64,000 nucleotides of DNA from an uncultured Desulfosarcina sp. (GCA_963674945.2 CAXXWQ010000002.1:544001-608000), one strand, 5' to 3'; shown: positions 39,092-50,422, counted from the stretch's first letter. Made by a program: numbers and translations. Notes: generated from the letters alone by a model not told the origin.

Positions 39092-39538
39092 ATGTTTCGG
39101 GGAAGCTCCTTTCATACCATCGATGCCAAAGGCCGGATTATCATTCCGACCCGTTTCAGAGATGTGATCAAGGCCAGCGGCAAAGACAGTATCATGATCA
39201 CGCGCTTGGACAGCTGCCTTTTTGCCTATACCCACGATCAATGGAGCAAGCTTGAACAGAAGATACTTCAACTTCCCGTAAAAAGCGAGGAAATGCGTCG
39301 TTTTCAGCGTGTTTTTATTGGAAGCGCCCAAGATTGCCGATGCGATTCGCAGGGGCGTGTGCTGATACCGCCATTTTTGAAGCAGTACTCCGGTCTTGAA
39401 AAAGAGATCGTTTTGGTGGGCGTGCTGGAGCGTTTCGAGATCTGGGCGAAGGAAAACTGGGATCTCGAGAACGATCAGATGGAAAAGGACTTGGGCGACG
39501 ATCGATTCAGGCAAGAGATTGCCCAGTTGGGGCTATAG
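39092..39538 (+). CDS. mraZ: Transcriptional regulator MraZ
   Basis: HTIDAKGRIIIP, DSQGRVLIP and RFEIW. Confidence 0.97.
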   Translation: MFRGSSFHTIDAKGRIIIPTRFRDVIKASGKDSIMITRLDSCLFAYTHDQWSKLEQKILQLPVKSEEMRRFQRVFIGSAQDCRCDSQGRVLIPPFLKQYSGLEKEIVLVGVLERFEIWAKENWDLENDQMEKDLGDDRFRQEIAQLGL

Positions 39539-39541
39539 GAC

Positions 39542-40480
39542 TTGTCCGAGTATCATGTCACCGCCATGCTCGAACCGGCGGTAGAAATCCTGGGTTGCCG
39601 TCCCGGGAAAATCATCGTGGACGGCACGCTGGGTGGTGCAGGGCATGCCCGTCGGATTTGTGAACAGATTGCACCGAACGGCGTATTTATCGGTATCGAT
39701 CAGGATGCAGACGCCATTGCACGGTGTCGAAATGTCCTTTGGCCAAGTTCTGTCACGGTTCATGTCATCCACGGAAATTTCGTGGATCTGCCGTCGTTTC
39801 TTGACCGGCTGGGCATCGAGGCCGTGGATGGCATCCTCATCGATATCGGGCTTTCCCTTCACCAGATCGAGGCCAGTGGCCGCGGGTTCAGTTTTCTTCG
39901 CGACGAGCCGTTGGACATGCGAATGGATGTGAGGTCCACCGTTACCGCGAAAGATCTTTTGGCTTCCCTGGAAGAAGATGCGTTGGCGAAGTTATTCGAG
40001 CGATTCGGAGAGGAGCGATGGGCCGGACGTATCGCCCGAAAAATCGTACAGCAGCGAACGGTTGCACCGATTGCGACGAGCGGACAACTGGCCGAGCTGA
40101 TATCCGCCGCCGTGCCGGCGGGTGCTGCGCGAAAACAGAAGATTCATCCGGCAACGCGGGTTTTCATGGCCCTTCGGATCGCGGTAAACCGGGAGCTCGC
40201 CGTACTGGACGAATTCTTGACGAATGCCGTGCACCGACTCAAGTCGGGTGGCCGGCTGTGCGTGCTCTCCTTTCATTCTCTGGAAGACCGAATCGTCAAG
40301 CATCGTTTCCGGGAAATGGAACAGCCATGTGTCTGTCCGCCGGATTTTCCTCAATGTGTTTGCGGGCGTACGGCATTGGTACGACGGATTACACGCAAGG
40401 TGGTCCGGCCCACGAATGAGGAGATTCAAGAAAACCCCATGGCCCGAAGCACTCGGATGCGTGCAGTGGAGAAATTATGA
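39542..40480 (+). CDS. rsmH: 16S rRNA m4C1402 methyltransferase
   Basis: DGTLGGAGH, RGFSF..DEPLDMRMD, HPATRVFMALRIAVN and SFHSLEDR; TTG start. Confidence 0.97.
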   Translation: MSEYHVTAMLEPAVEILGCRPGKIIVDGTLGGAGHARRICEQIAPNGVFIGIDQDADAIARCRNVLWPSSVTVHVIHGNFVDLPSFLDRLGIEAVDGILIDIGLSLHQIEASGRGFSFLRDEPLDMRMDVRSTVTAKDLLASLEEDALAKLFERFGEERWAGRIARKIVQQRTVAPIATSGQLAELISAAVPAGAARKQKIHPATRVFMALRIAVNRELAVLDEFLTNAVHRLKSGGRLCVLSFHSLEDRIVKHRFREMEQPCVCPPDFPQCVCGRTALVRRITRKVVRPTNEEIQENPMARSTRMRAVEKL

Positions 40481-40839
40481 TAGCTTGTGCAAAACAAACC
40501 TCATTTCGGCTTCCGCACAAAAACAGAGGAGAGATGCCGACCAGTGCGGCGAATCGAAGGGTGCGGCCGGAAAGAAAGACAATGACAGGCCTCTGGATTG
40601 CGTTCATGGTCGTTTTTTTCTTTGAGGCCCTTTTTTATACCTGGTCCCGCGTACAATGTGTAAATGCCGAAGTGGGGATCGACCGGCAGACCCGTCATCA
40701 TCTGCGTCTGCTCAAGTCGAGAAATACACTTCGGATCGAATTGGCCCGGCTGAAATCTCCCGAACGAATCGAAACCATTGCCCGAACCCGCTTGGGACTG
40801 GTCATGCCCGATGCGAAGCAGACGGTGACACTGCCATGA
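40477..40839 (+). CDS. ftsL: Cell division protein FtsL
   Basis: Single TM, coiled coil and LKSPERIETIARTRLGL; position in dcw. Confidence 0.85.
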   Translation: MIACAKQTSFRLPHKNRGEMPTSAANRRVRPERKTMTGLWIAFMVVFFFEALFYTWSRVQCVNAEVGIDRQTRHHLRLLKSRNTLRIELARLKSPERIETIARTRLGLVMPDAKQTVTLP

Positions 40840-42575
40840 AAACCACGACAACATCAACACGAACACGCCTGCGCGCCGGCATTGTCGGCGTATTTTTCAT
40901 TGTTGCCCTTTTGGTTATCACCGCCCAGGCCGTTCGCCTTCACGTATTCGAGGGTGCCTGGCTTTCCGAGCGGGCCGCCAGGGAGTATGAGTGCGATACG
41001 GTGATTCAGGGGAAACGGGGGGCCATTACCGATCGGAACGAAAGTCCCCTGGCCATGAGCATCGACAGTACCTCGATTATCGCCAATCCCAGACAGATCG
41101 CCGATCGTTCTGCCGCGGCCAAGGCACTGGCCCGGGCGATGGACACAAAACGCAACGAGATTTACAAAAAATTGGACCCAAAACGCGGTTTCGTATGGCT
41201 GAATCGCCAGGCTACCCCCAGTCAGGTGGAAGCGGTACGTTCGCTGGAACTCGCCGGGGTGTCCTTCATCACGGAGCATAGTCGCCACTATCCCAGCAAG
41301 ACACTGGCCTCCCAGCTCGTTGGATTTTCCGGCATCGATGGACAGGGGCTGGAGGGCCTTGAGTTTTACTTCAACGATCAGCTTACGGGAAAAAAGCATC
41401 AGATCACCGTGCGTAGGGATGCGTTGGGCCGTCGGTTGGAAGGCGCCGACGTGCCGGCCAATCTGGCCGGCGGCAACAACGTCGTGCTGACCATCGATCA
41501 GACGGTTCAGCACATCGCACAAAAGGCGCTTGCGGCCGCCGTTAACGAGTATGTGGCCCAGTCGGGCATGGCCATCGTCATGGCGCCGTCTACAGGCGAA
41601 GTACTTGCCATGGCCCACTATCCCTTTTTCAACCCCAACCGGTATGGGGATTTTAAAAGGGAATATTGGCGGAATCGTTCGGTTACCGACTCCTTTGAAC
41701 CCGGATCCACCATGAAGATGTTCAGTGCCGCCGCTGCCATCGACAGCGGCATCTGTTCCCCGTCCACCATCTTCTTCTGCGAAAACGGGGAGTACCGTAT
41801 CGGCAGGAACACCATCCACGACACGAAGTCCCACGGTTGGCTCTCCTTGCAGCAGATCGTCAAGTACTCGAGCAATATCGGGGCGGTGAAGATGGCAGAG
41901 AAGTTGGGTGCGAGAGTGCTTCACGATTATCTGTGCGGCTTCGGTTTCGGCCAGCGCACCGGTATCACCTGTCCCGGAGAGACCACCGGCAGCCTGAGCG
42001 GTTTCAAGAGATGGTCCGCCATCGATGCGGGGGCCATCTCCTTTGGGCAGGGAATTTCCGTATCCGCCATCCAGTTGATCACGGCGGCTTCGGCCATCGC
42101 CAATGACGGAATTCTCATGAAACCACTTTTGGTCAAGGCCATCACAGACGGAAACGGGCACGTCGTCCAGCAATTCCATCCGGAAGAGGTACGGCGGGTG
42201 ATCGATGCCAAAACGGCCGCCACCGTCCGGCGAATTTTAAAGACCGTCATCACCGAGGGGGGAACGGGTGTAAACGCGGCTCTTGCCGGATATGCCGTGT
42301 GCGGAAAGACGGGGACGGCCCAGAAGATCGACGAGAGCGGTACCTACGCCAAAAATCGCTACCTCTCCTCTTTTTTGGGATTCGCGCCGGCCGAGCGTCC
42401 GGAACTGGCCATCCTGGTAATCGTCGATGAACCGAAGGTCCAGACTTACGGCGGCATCGTCGCCGCACCCGCGTTTCGTCAGATCGCGTTGGAGACCTTG
42501 ACCTTTCTCAACATTCCACCGGGAAACGAAGCGGATCGACTGCGGGTATCCCGGGGAGATCGGGCCAACGGATGA
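40836..42575 (+). CDS. ftsI: Penicillin-binding protein 3
   Basis: RGAITDRN, EPGSTMK (SxxK), YSSNIG (SxN) and GKTGTAQK. Confidence 0.95.
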   Translation: MKTTTTSTRTRLRAGIVGVFFIVALLVITAQAVRLHVFEGAWLSERAAREYECDTVIQGKRGAITDRNESPLAMSIDSTSIIANPRQIADRSAAAKALARAMDTKRNEIYKKLDPKRGFVWLNRQATPSQVEAVRSLELAGVSFITEHSRHYPSKTLASQLVGFSGIDGQGLEGLEFYFNDQLTGKKHQITVRRDALGRRLEGADVPANLAGGNNVVLTIDQTVQHIAQKALAAAVNEYVAQSGMAIVMAPSTGEVLAMAHYPFFNPNRYGDFKREYWRNRSVTDSFEPGSTMKMFSAAAAIDSGICSPSTIFFCENGEYRIGRNTIHDTKSHGWLSLQQIVKYSSNIGAVKMAEKLGARVLHDYLCGFGFGQRTGITCPGETTGSLSGFKRWSAIDAGAISFGQGISVSAIQLITAASAIANDGILMKPLLVKAITDGNGHVVQQFHPEEVRRVIDAKTAATVRRILKTVITEGGTGVNAALAGYAVCGKTGTAQKIDESGTYAKNRYLSSFLGFAPAERPELAILVIVDEPKVQTYGGIVAAPAFRQIALETLTFLNIPPGNEADRLRVSRGDRANG

Positions 42576-44116
42576 AACTATCCACCCTCACCCAGTCTTT
42601 GGACCGCGAGCCTGCCCATGGTTTCCCATCGTCCGTGGATCCGGAGGTGACGACCATTTGTTACGATTCCCGAAAGGCAGTACCGGGCGCCGTGTTCGTG
42701 GCCGTGGAGGGTGGGGTGACAGACGGTCACCGGTTCGTTGACGAGGCCGTGAGAAAAGGAGCCGTTGCCGTAGTATGCAGACGGCCCGTTTCCGTCGATG
42801 TACAGGTGATTCGCGTTCCTGACCCGCGGGCGGCCCTTGCGAAAATGGCATGCCGTTTTTTCGGCCATCCGGCCCGGCGGATGACCATGGTGGGCGTGAC
42901 GGGAACCAATGGCAAGACCACCGTCACCTACCTTATGGAAGAGATCCTGAAAAAAGCCGGATATCTTCCCGGTATCGTGGGAACGATCAATTGCCGGTAT
43001 GACGGCAAGGTGGCCGACAATCCGGTGACGACGCCGGAATCGGTGGATCTGCAGGGGATATTGAAGGAAATGGCCGATGGTGGCGTGACCCATGTGGTCA
43101 TGGAGGTTTCGTCCCATGCCCTGGATCAGTCCCGGGTGGATGGTGTCGACTATGACCTGGCCGTGTTCACCAATTTTACCCAGGATCACCTGGACTACCA
43201 CAAAGAGATGGATCGATACTGGACCTGTAAGAAAAGGCTCTTCTTCGAACATCTCAAGCCGATGACACCGGACAACCCACTTCGGGTGGTGGCAAATGTC
43301 GATGATCCCAAGGGTGCCGAATTGGCGGATATCTTCGGTCCCCTGCTCCTCAAAACATCGAGACGGGGAAACGCGGATGTCTACCCCATCGTGAGACAGC
43401 TGGATCATTCGGGGATTTTTGGCCGGATCGTCACGCCGGAGGGAGAGATCCCCCTGGCTTCGAAACTTGTGGGGGCGTTCAATCTGGAGAATATCCTCTG
43501 CGCCGCCGGCAGTGCCCTGGCCCTGGGGGTCTCGCCGGTTCACATCCAAGCCGGCATCTCGGCAGTGGCCTGTGTCCCCGGCCGCCTGGAATCCATCGTC
43601 GTGGATGACCGACCTGCGGTTTTCGTGGATTATGCCCATACGCCCGATGCCCTGGAGAATGCCTTGTCGACGCTACGGGAGCTGACAACCGGTCGATTGA
43701 TTACCGTTTTCGGCTGCGGCGGCGACCGGGACGAAAAGAAGCGTCCTCTCATGGGTGAAATCGCCGGCCGCATCAGCGACCTGGCGGTGATCACCTCGGA
43801 CAATCCGCGGTCGGAAAACCCGAAGGCCATCATCGAACAGGTGGAGGCGGGGGTTCGGCGGGCGTCCCCGAACCGCCTTCGTGCCGACGCGCTTCACAAT
43901 GGCTGGAAGGGAAAAGGATATCTGTCCGAGCCGGACCGGATGAAAGCCATCGAAACGGCTATCGGCGCGGCATCGGCAAAGGATATTGTTCTCATCGCCG
44001 GCAAGGGGCATGAAACCTATCAGATCCTGGGAAGCAAAACCATTCACTTCGACGATCGGGAGGCGGCCCGAAAAGTACTTTCTGCCGTGACATCGACAAA
44101 AAGGGGGGCGTCATGA
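42572..44116 (+). CDS. murE: UDP-MurNAc-tripeptide ligase (meso-DAP adding)
   Basis: GVTGTNGKTT, TTPES, MEVSSH, DYAHTPD, DNPR and AGKGHE. Confidence 0.97.
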   Translation: MKLSTLTQSLDREPAHGFPSSVDPEVTTICYDSRKAVPGAVFVAVEGGVTDGHRFVDEAVRKGAVAVVCRRPVSVDVQVIRVPDPRAALAKMACRFFGHPARRMTMVGVTGTNGKTTVTYLMEEILKKAGYLPGIVGTINCRYDGKVADNPVTTPESVDLQGILKEMADGGVTHVVMEVSSHALDQSRVDGVDYDLAVFTNFTQDHLDYHKEMDRYWTCKKRLFFEHLKPMTPDNPLRVVANVDDPKGAELADIFGPLLLKTSRRGNADVYPIVRQLDHSGIFGRIVTPEGEIPLASKLVGAFNLENILCAAGSALALGVSPVHIQAGISAVACVPGRLESIVVDDRPAVFVDYAHTPDALENALSTLRELTTGRLITVFGCGGDRDEKKRPLMGEIAGRISDLAVITSDNPRSENPKAIIEQVEAGVRRASPNRLRADALHNGWKGKGYLSEPDRMKAIETAIGAASAKDIVLIAGKGHETYQILGSKTIHFDDREAARKVLSAVTSTKRGAS

Positions 44117-45540
44117 CGCCGTACCCCTGGACCGTGGACGACATCCTGTCCGCCACCGGCGGAACGCTGGTGTCGGGATCGGCGGATGCGTCGTTTGCCG
44201 GCATCGGCATCGATTCGCGAACGATCCTGCCCAGCCAGTTGTTCGTGGCCGTCACCGGCGAGGTGCACGATGGACACCGGTTCATCGAAGATGCGATCGA
44301 CGGTGGCGTCACGGGTGTATTGGCGGCCGATGCCAAATTGAGCGGCCTGCCTGTGGATCGAATGCGCAGCCAGGGTGTCGCATGCGTTTCGGTTCCGGAT
44401 ACGACGGTGGCCCTTGGAGAAATGGCCCGATTCAACCGAAACCGGAGAGACCTCAAGGTCGTGGCCATTACCGGTTCCAACGGGAAGACATCGACCCGGA
44501 AATTTACGGAGAAGGTGATGGCAACCCGTTTTTCCGTATTGGGCACCCGGGGCAACCTGAACAATCACATCGGTCTGCCCCTTACGCTTTTCGGCCTCTC
44601 TTCCGATCATCAGGCCGCCGTACTGGAATTGGGAATGAATCACCCGAAAGAGATCGACTACTTAGGTCGCATCTGCCAGCCGGATGTGGGGGTGATCACC
44701 AACGTCGGGCCGGCGCACCTGGAGGGACTGGGCACCATGGAGAACATTGCCATGGCAAAAGGAGAACTCTTACACACCATCCGTTCCGGTGGAACGGCCA
44801 TTCTCAACGGTGACGATGTCCGCGTGGCAAAGCTGGCCGATGCCGTGGACCAGCGGATTATCTTCTTCGGAACCGATCCAGCGGCACAGGTTCGGGCCAT
44901 TGACATCCGTTCGAATCGCAGCGAAACGGCTTTCACATTGGTTACACCATCGGGAAGTACACCCGTCACCCTTTCCACGCCGGCGCGGGTGATGGTGGCC
45001 AATGCGCTGGCGGCGGCGGCGGTCGGCGAGGCGATGGGGATCCCTGTGGAAAAAATCAAGGCGGGCCTGGAAGCATTTTCTCCCGGAGAAGGGCGCATGG
45101 GAATCGGCCAGCCGGGAAAAGGCGTCCTTCTCGTGGACGATACCTACAACGCCAACCCGGGCTCCATGGCGGCGGCCATCGAAACCCTGTCTGCCATCGG
45201 CGAAGATCGGCGCACCATCGCCGTACTCGGGGATATGCTGGAACTGGGGGAGAAATCGGCATCTCTTCACGAAGAGATCGGCCGAAAGGTCGGTGCGTTT
45301 CAAATCGACAGGCTCTTTGTTGCCGGCGGATTTGCCAGTGCCGTTGCAAAGGGCGCCATGGACGAAAAGATGGCACAGGATTGCATCGTTACCGGCGATA
45401 AGCAGCAGATCGTCTTTCACTTGATTCGGCAGCTTCGCCCCGGGGATTGTATCTTGGTCAAGGGTTCCCGGGGCATGGGCATGGAGACGGTGGTGCAGGA
45501 CATAGAAAAATGGGCAAAAGAGGCGGACAATGAATCGTAG
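44113..45540 (+). CDS. murF: UDP-MurNAc-pentapeptide ligase
   Basis: ITGSNGKTST, NNHIGLP, ELGMNH, DTYNANP and KGSRG. Confidence 0.97.
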   Translation: MTPYPWTVDDILSATGGTLVSGSADASFAGIGIDSRTILPSQLFVAVTGEVHDGHRFIEDAIDGGVTGVLAADAKLSGLPVDRMRSQGVACVSVPDTTVALGEMARFNRNRRDLKVVAITGSNGKTSTRKFTEKVMATRFSVLGTRGNLNNHIGLPLTLFGLSSDHQAAVLELGMNHPKEIDYLGRICQPDVGVITNVGPAHLEGLGTMENIAMAKGELLHTIRSGGTAILNGDDVRVAKLADAVDQRIIFFGTDPAAQVRAIDIRSNRSETAFTLVTPSGSTPVTLSTPARVMVANALAAAAVGEAMGIPVEKIKAGLEAFSPGEGRMGIGQPGKGVLLVDDTYNANPGSMAAAIETLSAIGEDRRTIAVLGDMLELGEKSASLHEEIGRKVGAFQIDRLFVAGGFASAVAKGAMDEKMAQDCIVTGDKQQIVFHLIRQLRPGDCILVKGSRGMGMETVVQDIEKWAKEADNES

Positions 45541-45568
45541 AAGATTTGCGTTCTCATAAGATGAAAGA

Positions 45569-45690
45569 AGAATTCAGGAGTCAGGAGCCAGAATAAAAAA
45601 GGATTTCGCTTCACTCCGACGATTCTAAAAAAGGAACATCGCCGAAGGCATTTCCTTCTTCTGAATTCTAAATTCTGGCTCCTGGATTCT
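45569..45690. repeat. Heptamer-armed palindromic repeat (family H), copy 4, inside the dcw operon
   Basis: AGAATTC AGGAGTC AGGAGCC AGAAT ... TCGCTTCACTC ... CGCCGAAGGC ... TTCTGAATTCTAAATTCTGGCTCCTGGATTCT. Confidence 0.85.
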
Positions 45691-45726
45691 GTAAAAAATT
45701 TTAACAGGCAGTAAAGATATCATCAG

Positions 45727-46806
45727 ATGATCTACCACCTCCTATACCCGCTGCATACGGTTTTTGCGGCCTTCAATGTTTTTCGGTACATCACTTTCCG
45801 GACCATTTATGCCGGCCTGACGGCATTTCTCATCTGCTTCTTTCTGGGACCCTGGATGATACGCAAGCTGACCATGATGCAGGTGGGACAGTATATCCGG
45901 GAAGATGGACCCAAAGATCACCAGAAGAAGGCGGGAACACCCACCATGGGCGGTGTATTGATCATCTTCGCAGTGGTCGGTGCCGCCTTGCTGTGGGCGG
46001 ACCTGACCAATCGTTTCGTGTGGATTGCTCTTTTGTCCACCTTCGGGTTCGGTCTCATCGGTTTCGCAGACGACTACCTGATGCAGGTGAAAAAGCGCAA
46101 TCTGGGGCTGACCGTCCGGCAAAAGCTGGCATTCCAGTTCGGCCTGGCGTTGATCGTGGGACTGTTGGCCTATTTGGTGCCTGAGTTCTCAACCAAGCTG
46201 AGTGTACCTTTTTTCAAGAATTTTCAACCCGATCCGGGTTGGGGGTATATCTTTTTCGCGGCTTTCGTCATCGTCGGGGCATCCAATGCCGTGAACCTGA
46301 CCGACGGCCTGGACGGCCTTGCCATCGGGCCGGTAACCATCGCCGCGGCCACCTATATGATATTTGCCTATGTGGCCGGACACGCCAATATTGCGGAGTA
46401 TCTTCAGATCACGCCGGTGTCCGGTTGCGGTGAAATCACCGTCTTCTGCGGTGCCGTGGCAGGCGCCGGTCTGGGATTCTTGTGGTTCAATGCCTACCCG
46501 GCCCAGGTGTTCATGGGGGACGTGGGGTCTTTGTCCATGGGGGCCACCTTGGGCACCGTGGCCGTCATTACGAAGCAGGAGATTTTGCTGGTGTTGGTGG
46601 GGGGCCTGTTTGTCATCGAGGCACTGTCCGTCATTTTTCAGGTGGGATTTTTCAAGGTGACCAAGGGGCGACGAATTTTTCGCATGGCGCCTCTCCATCA
46701 CCATTTCGAACTCAAAGGGTGGCCGGAACCCAAAGTGATCGTCCGGTTCTGGATTATCGCCATCGCCCTGGCATTGATCTCCATGAGTACATTGAAGATG
46801 AGATAG
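45727..46806 (+). CDS. mraY: Phospho-MurNAc-pentapeptide transferase
   Basis: [31 protein letters not shown] and MAPLHHHFE. Confidence 0.98.
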   Translation: MIYHLLYPLHTVFAAFNVFRYITFRTIYAGLTAFLICFFLGPWMIRKLTMMQVGQYIREDGPKDHQKKAGTPTMGGVLIIFAVVGAALLWADLTNRFVWIALLSTFGFGLIGFADDYLMQVKKRNLGLTVRQKLAFQFGLALIVGLLAYLVPEFSTKLSVPFFKNFQPDPGWGYIFFAAFVIVGASNAVNLTDGLDGLAIGPVTIAAATYMIFAYVAGHANIAEYLQITPVSGCGEITVFCGAVAGAGLGFLWFNAYPAQVFMGDVGSLSMGATLGTVAVITKQEILLVLVGGLFVIEALSVIFQVGFFKVTKGRRIFRMAPLHHHFELKGWPEPKVIVRFWIIAIALALISMSTLKMR

Positions 46807-46810
46807 TACG

Positions 46811-48172
46811 ATGGATCTTGGCAGCAAACATATCGTGGTGGTGGGGCTGGGACGCTCTGGTGTGGCGGCTGCCCGTTTCCTCGCAAACCGGGGTGCCCGG
46901 GTAACGGTCACGGACAGGGCTCCTGAAAGTGACCTGAAGGACGCCGTCGCGGCCCTCGCGGATCTGCCGGTCCGGATGACGCTGGGACGGCACGATGCCG
47001 GGGATTTTGCGACCGCCGACATGGTGGTGTTAAGTCCCGGGGTTCCCCATACCCTGCCCATGCTTGAGCCGGCCTGGGCCAACGGCATTCCCGTAATCGG
47101 TGAGATGGAACTGGCCGCAGCCTTTATCGAGGAACCGATCCTGGCCATCACCGGCACCAACGGGAAGACCACGACGACGACCCTGGTGGGTGAGATGCTG
47201 AAAAAAAGCGGCAAACGGGTATTCGTGGGGGGAAACATCGGAACGCCGCTTATCGGATATGCGGATGGCGGGCACACCCGGGCGGACGTATTGGTGGTCG
47301 AGACCAGCAGTTTTCAATTGGACACCATCGCCGAATTTCGACCGGATACGGCGGTGATGCTCAATATCACCGACGATCACCTGGACCGCTATCCCGGTTT
47401 TTCCGCCTACGCCCAGTCCAAGTGGCGCATCTTCGAAAATCAGCAATCGGGTGATATCGCCATCATAAACGCCATGGATACTGCTGCGAAAGCCATGATG
47501 GAAAAGTATCCGCCACGGGCACGAAAGCGTGTCTATTCGGACCGGGCCGTGGCGGACGGTGCCCAGATTATAGGAGACGAAATCCGGATTTTCGAAGACG
47601 GTCGGGAAACCGGTCGCTTCTCACTGAAAAAAACCATCTGTGCCGAACCCCACAACCGAGAGAACATGGCTGCGGCATGCCTGGCCGCCCTGTCCCACGG
47701 TGCACCCTATGAGGCGGTCCAGCAGACCATCGACGATTTCAAGGGGCTGGCCCATCGCATGGAACCGGCGGGAACGATCAGGGGCGTTTATTTCGTGAAT
47801 GATTCCAAAGCCACCAACGTGGACGCGGTAAAACGGGCCCTGGCCAGTTTTTCCACCCCGGTGGTGTTGATCATGGGCGGTCAGAACAAAAAAGGGGACT
47901 TTACCGGGTTGAAATCGGCGGTACGAGAAAAGGTGCGGACACTGGTGGCCATGGGGCAGGCCAAAGACGAGATCGTCACCGCCCTGGCCGGTGATCCGGA
48001 AAATAACGTTATCGAGGCAGACTCCATGGAGGAAGCGGTCGAAGCGGCATTGGATGCTGCATTGCCGGGTGATACCGTACTGCTCTCCCCGGCCTGTGCC
48101 AGTTTCGATATGTTCGACAGTTATGTGCACCGGGGCAACCGATTTCGGGAAATCGTTAAAGGTCTGACATGA
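46811..48172 (+). CDS. murD: UDP-MurNAc-L-Ala:D-Glu ligase
   Basis: GLGRSG, SPGVP, ITGTNGKTT, GGNIG, NDSKATN and SPACASFD. Confidence 0.97.
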   Translation: MDLGSKHIVVVGLGRSGVAAARFLANRGARVTVTDRAPESDLKDAVAALADLPVRMTLGRHDAGDFATADMVVLSPGVPHTLPMLEPAWANGIPVIGEMELAAAFIEEPILAITGTNGKTTTTTLVGEMLKKSGKRVFVGGNIGTPLIGYADGGHTRADVLVVETSSFQLDTIAEFRPDTAVMLNITDDHLDRYPGFSAYAQSKWRIFENQQSGDIAIINAMDTAAKAMMEKYPPRARKRVYSDRAVADGAQIIGDEIRIFEDGRETGRFSLKKTICAEPHNRENMAAACLAALSHGAPYEAVQQTIDDFKGLAHRMEPAGTIRGVYFVNDSKATNVDAVKRALASFSTPVVLIMGGQNKKGDFTGLKSAVREKVRTLVAMGQAKDEIVTALAGDPENNVIEADSMEEAVEAALDAALPGDTVLLSPACASFDMFDSYVHRGNRFREIVKGLT

Positions 48173-49308
48173 TTCGTTCTTCGAAAAAAGAAACGAAAAA
48201 AAAGGAGAAGAAACCGGTCGCTTACGACCTCGGTCTCCTGTTTCCCGTTTTGCTTCTGGTGGGTATGGGAATCGTCATGGTCTACAGTGCCAGCTCCGCT
48301 CTCGCCCTGAAAAAGTTTGGCAGTGACTACTATTTTCTGGAGAAACAGGCCTTCTTCTCCCTTATCGGCATCGTGGTGCTGGTGGCCTTCCGATACATCC
48401 CTTTTGGGCTTTACCGGTCCCTGGTCTATCCGGTAATGATTACGGCCCTTGCCATGCTGGCCCTGGTGGCCTTTACCAATTTGGGAGCAAGTGCCGGCGG
48501 TGCCTCCCGATGGTTGAAGATCGGACCGATCCGGTTTCAACCCTCTGAGTTGGCACGCCTGGCACTGGTCATCTACCTGGCCTACTCCATGAGTAAAAAG
48601 GACGAGCAGGTACGGGATTTTTATGTGGGATTCCTGCCCCATTTTCTGGTGCTGGGTCTTTTTGTCTGTCTCTTGATGGCCCAGCCCGATTTCGGATCCG
48701 TCGTCATCTTTTCCGCCTTGACCTGGATCATGCTTTTCGTTGGTGGTTGCCGCATCTCTCACCTTCTTGGTGTCTTCGTCGTACTCACGCCATTTGCCTG
48801 TTTGGTCATGTACCAGGCCGAGTACCGTGTGAAGCGATGGATGAGTTTTCTGGATCCCTGGCAGTACTCGGCCAATGAAGGATACCAGATCGTTCACTCC
48901 CTTATGGCGTTCGGTACCGGAGGCGTCACGGGTGCGGGTCTGGGTATGGGATACCAGAAGTTGTTTTATCTTCCCGAGCCCCATACGGATTTCATCTTCT
49001 CCGTCGTTGGGGAAGAGCTGGGACTCATCGGCGTCATGGTGGTCATTGTGCTGTACACCATCATGCTCATGCGTGGCATCCGGATTGCCCGCAATGCCCG
49101 TGATCCCTTCGGCGCTTATCTGGCAATGGGAATTTCGGTGATGCTGGGACTTCAGGTGTGTATCAACATGGGCGTCGCCTTGGGGCTCTTGCCCACCAAA
49201 GGGTTGACGTTGCCTTTTCTCAGCTATGGCGGAACGAGTCTGTTGATGAACATGGCCGCCGTGGGGATCATGATGAACATCGGAGCACGGGATGCACGAT
49301 ACGGATAA
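48169..49308 (+). CDS. ftsW: Cell division protein FtsW (SEDS)
   Basis: MVYSAS, FQPSE, QPDFG, LPEPHTDFIF and LPFLSYGGTS. Confidence 0.97.
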   Translation: MIRSSKKETKKKEKKPVAYDLGLLFPVLLLVGMGIVMVYSASSALALKKFGSDYYFLEKQAFFSLIGIVVLVAFRYIPFGLYRSLVYPVMITALAMLALVAFTNLGASAGGASRWLKIGPIRFQPSELARLALVIYLAYSMSKKDEQVRDFYVGFLPHFLVLGLFVCLLMAQPDFGSVVIFSALTWIMLFVGGCRISHLLGVFVVLTPFACLVMYQAEYRVKRWMSFLDPWQYSANEGYQIVHSLMAFGTGGVTGAGLGMGYQKLFYLPEPHTDFIFSVVGEELGLIGVMVVIVLYTIMLMRGIRIARNARDPFGAYLAMGISVMLGLQVCINMGVALGLLPTKGLTLPFLSYGGTSLLMNMAAVGIMMNIGARDARYG

Positions 49309-50422
49309 AGCACAAAAGGGCAGTTGGCCACCCCTTTCCGTGGTTATCGCCGGTGGCGGCACCGGTGGTCATCTGTTTCCCGGCATTGCCGTGGCCAACG
49401 CCTTCGTCGCGAGAAATCCGAAGAGCCGCATTCTCTTCGTGGGATCCGGGCGTCCACTGGAAAAGGAGGCCCTGCAGCGTGCCGGGTTCGAGAGACGTAC
49501 CATCCATGTGGAAGGGATCAAGGGACGCGGTATAATGGCGAAGTGTCGCGCCTTTTGTAAAATCCCCGGTTCTTTGGTGCGATCTGCCGGCATCTTGTCC
49601 GATGTGCGGGCGCAAATCGTGGTAGCGGTGGGCGGATATGCGGCGGGGCCGGTTGCCCTTGCCGCGTGGATCAGGAGGATCCCCCTGGTTGTATGTGAGC
49701 AGAACACGGTGCCCGGTATTACCAATCGACTGCTCTTTCCGCTGGCTCGTCGGGTCTATGTCAGTTTTGAAGATACGACCGGGCGGATCAATCCGGATAA
49801 AATCCGTTTTTCCGGCAATCCGGTCCGGCGGCAAATCTTGAAACTGCGGGAAACGGAACCGGAAAAAAGAGAAACGTTTACCGTGATGATCGTGGGGGGA
49901 AGCCAGGGTGCCCACGCCATCAATCTGGCCGTCATGGATGCGCTCTCGCATTTTGCCGCGCCCAGCCGTCTGTTTTTCATCCACCAGACCGGAGCGGCGG
50001 ATCAGGACGCGGTGGCCCGTGCCTATGCCGATGCGGGCATCGATGCCGAGGTTCAGGCGTTCTTTCACGACATGGCATCCCGATACAAGCAGGCCGATCT
50101 CGTGGTCTGCCGTGCCGGCGCTACCACGGTGGCCGAACTGACGGTGCTGGGAAAAGCGGCGCTGTTTGTTCCCTTCCCCCATGCCGCCGACGATCACCAG
50201 GTGGTAAACGCCCGCGCCGTGGTGGATCGTGGCGCGGCCTTGATGATACAGCAGCGGGATCTGACCGGAGCAGGGCTGGCCGAAACCATCGAGCGGCTTT
50301 CCGGGCATCCGGAGCTTCTTTTGAAGATGGCGGCCCGATCCCGGCAGTTGGGAAAACCCGAAGCGGCACAGTTCATCGTGGATGATTGCTATCAGTTGGT
50401 TAAAGGCGAATCATGTATCTGA
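49292..50422 (+). CDS. murG: Lipid II GlcNAc transferase
   Basis: GGGTGGHLFP, EQN, GNPVR, GGSQGA and RAGATT. Confidence 0.97.
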   Translation: MHDTDKAQKGSWPPLSVVIAGGGTGGHLFPGIAVANAFVARNPKSRILFVGSGRPLEKEALQRAGFERRTIHVEGIKGRGIMAKCRAFCKIPGSLVRSAGILSDVRAQIVVAVGGYAAGPVALAAWIRRIPLVVCEQNTVPGITNRLLFPLARRVYVSFEDTTGRINPDKIRFSGNPVRRQILKLRETEPEKRETFTVMIVGGSQGAHAINLAVMDALSHFAAPSRLFFIHQTGAADQDAVARAYADAGIDAEVQAFFHDMASRYKQADLVVCRAGATTVAELTVLGKAALFVPFPHAADDHQVVNARAVVDRGAALMIQQRDLTGAGLAETIERLSGHPELLLKMAARSRQLGKPEAAQFIVDDCYQLVKGESCI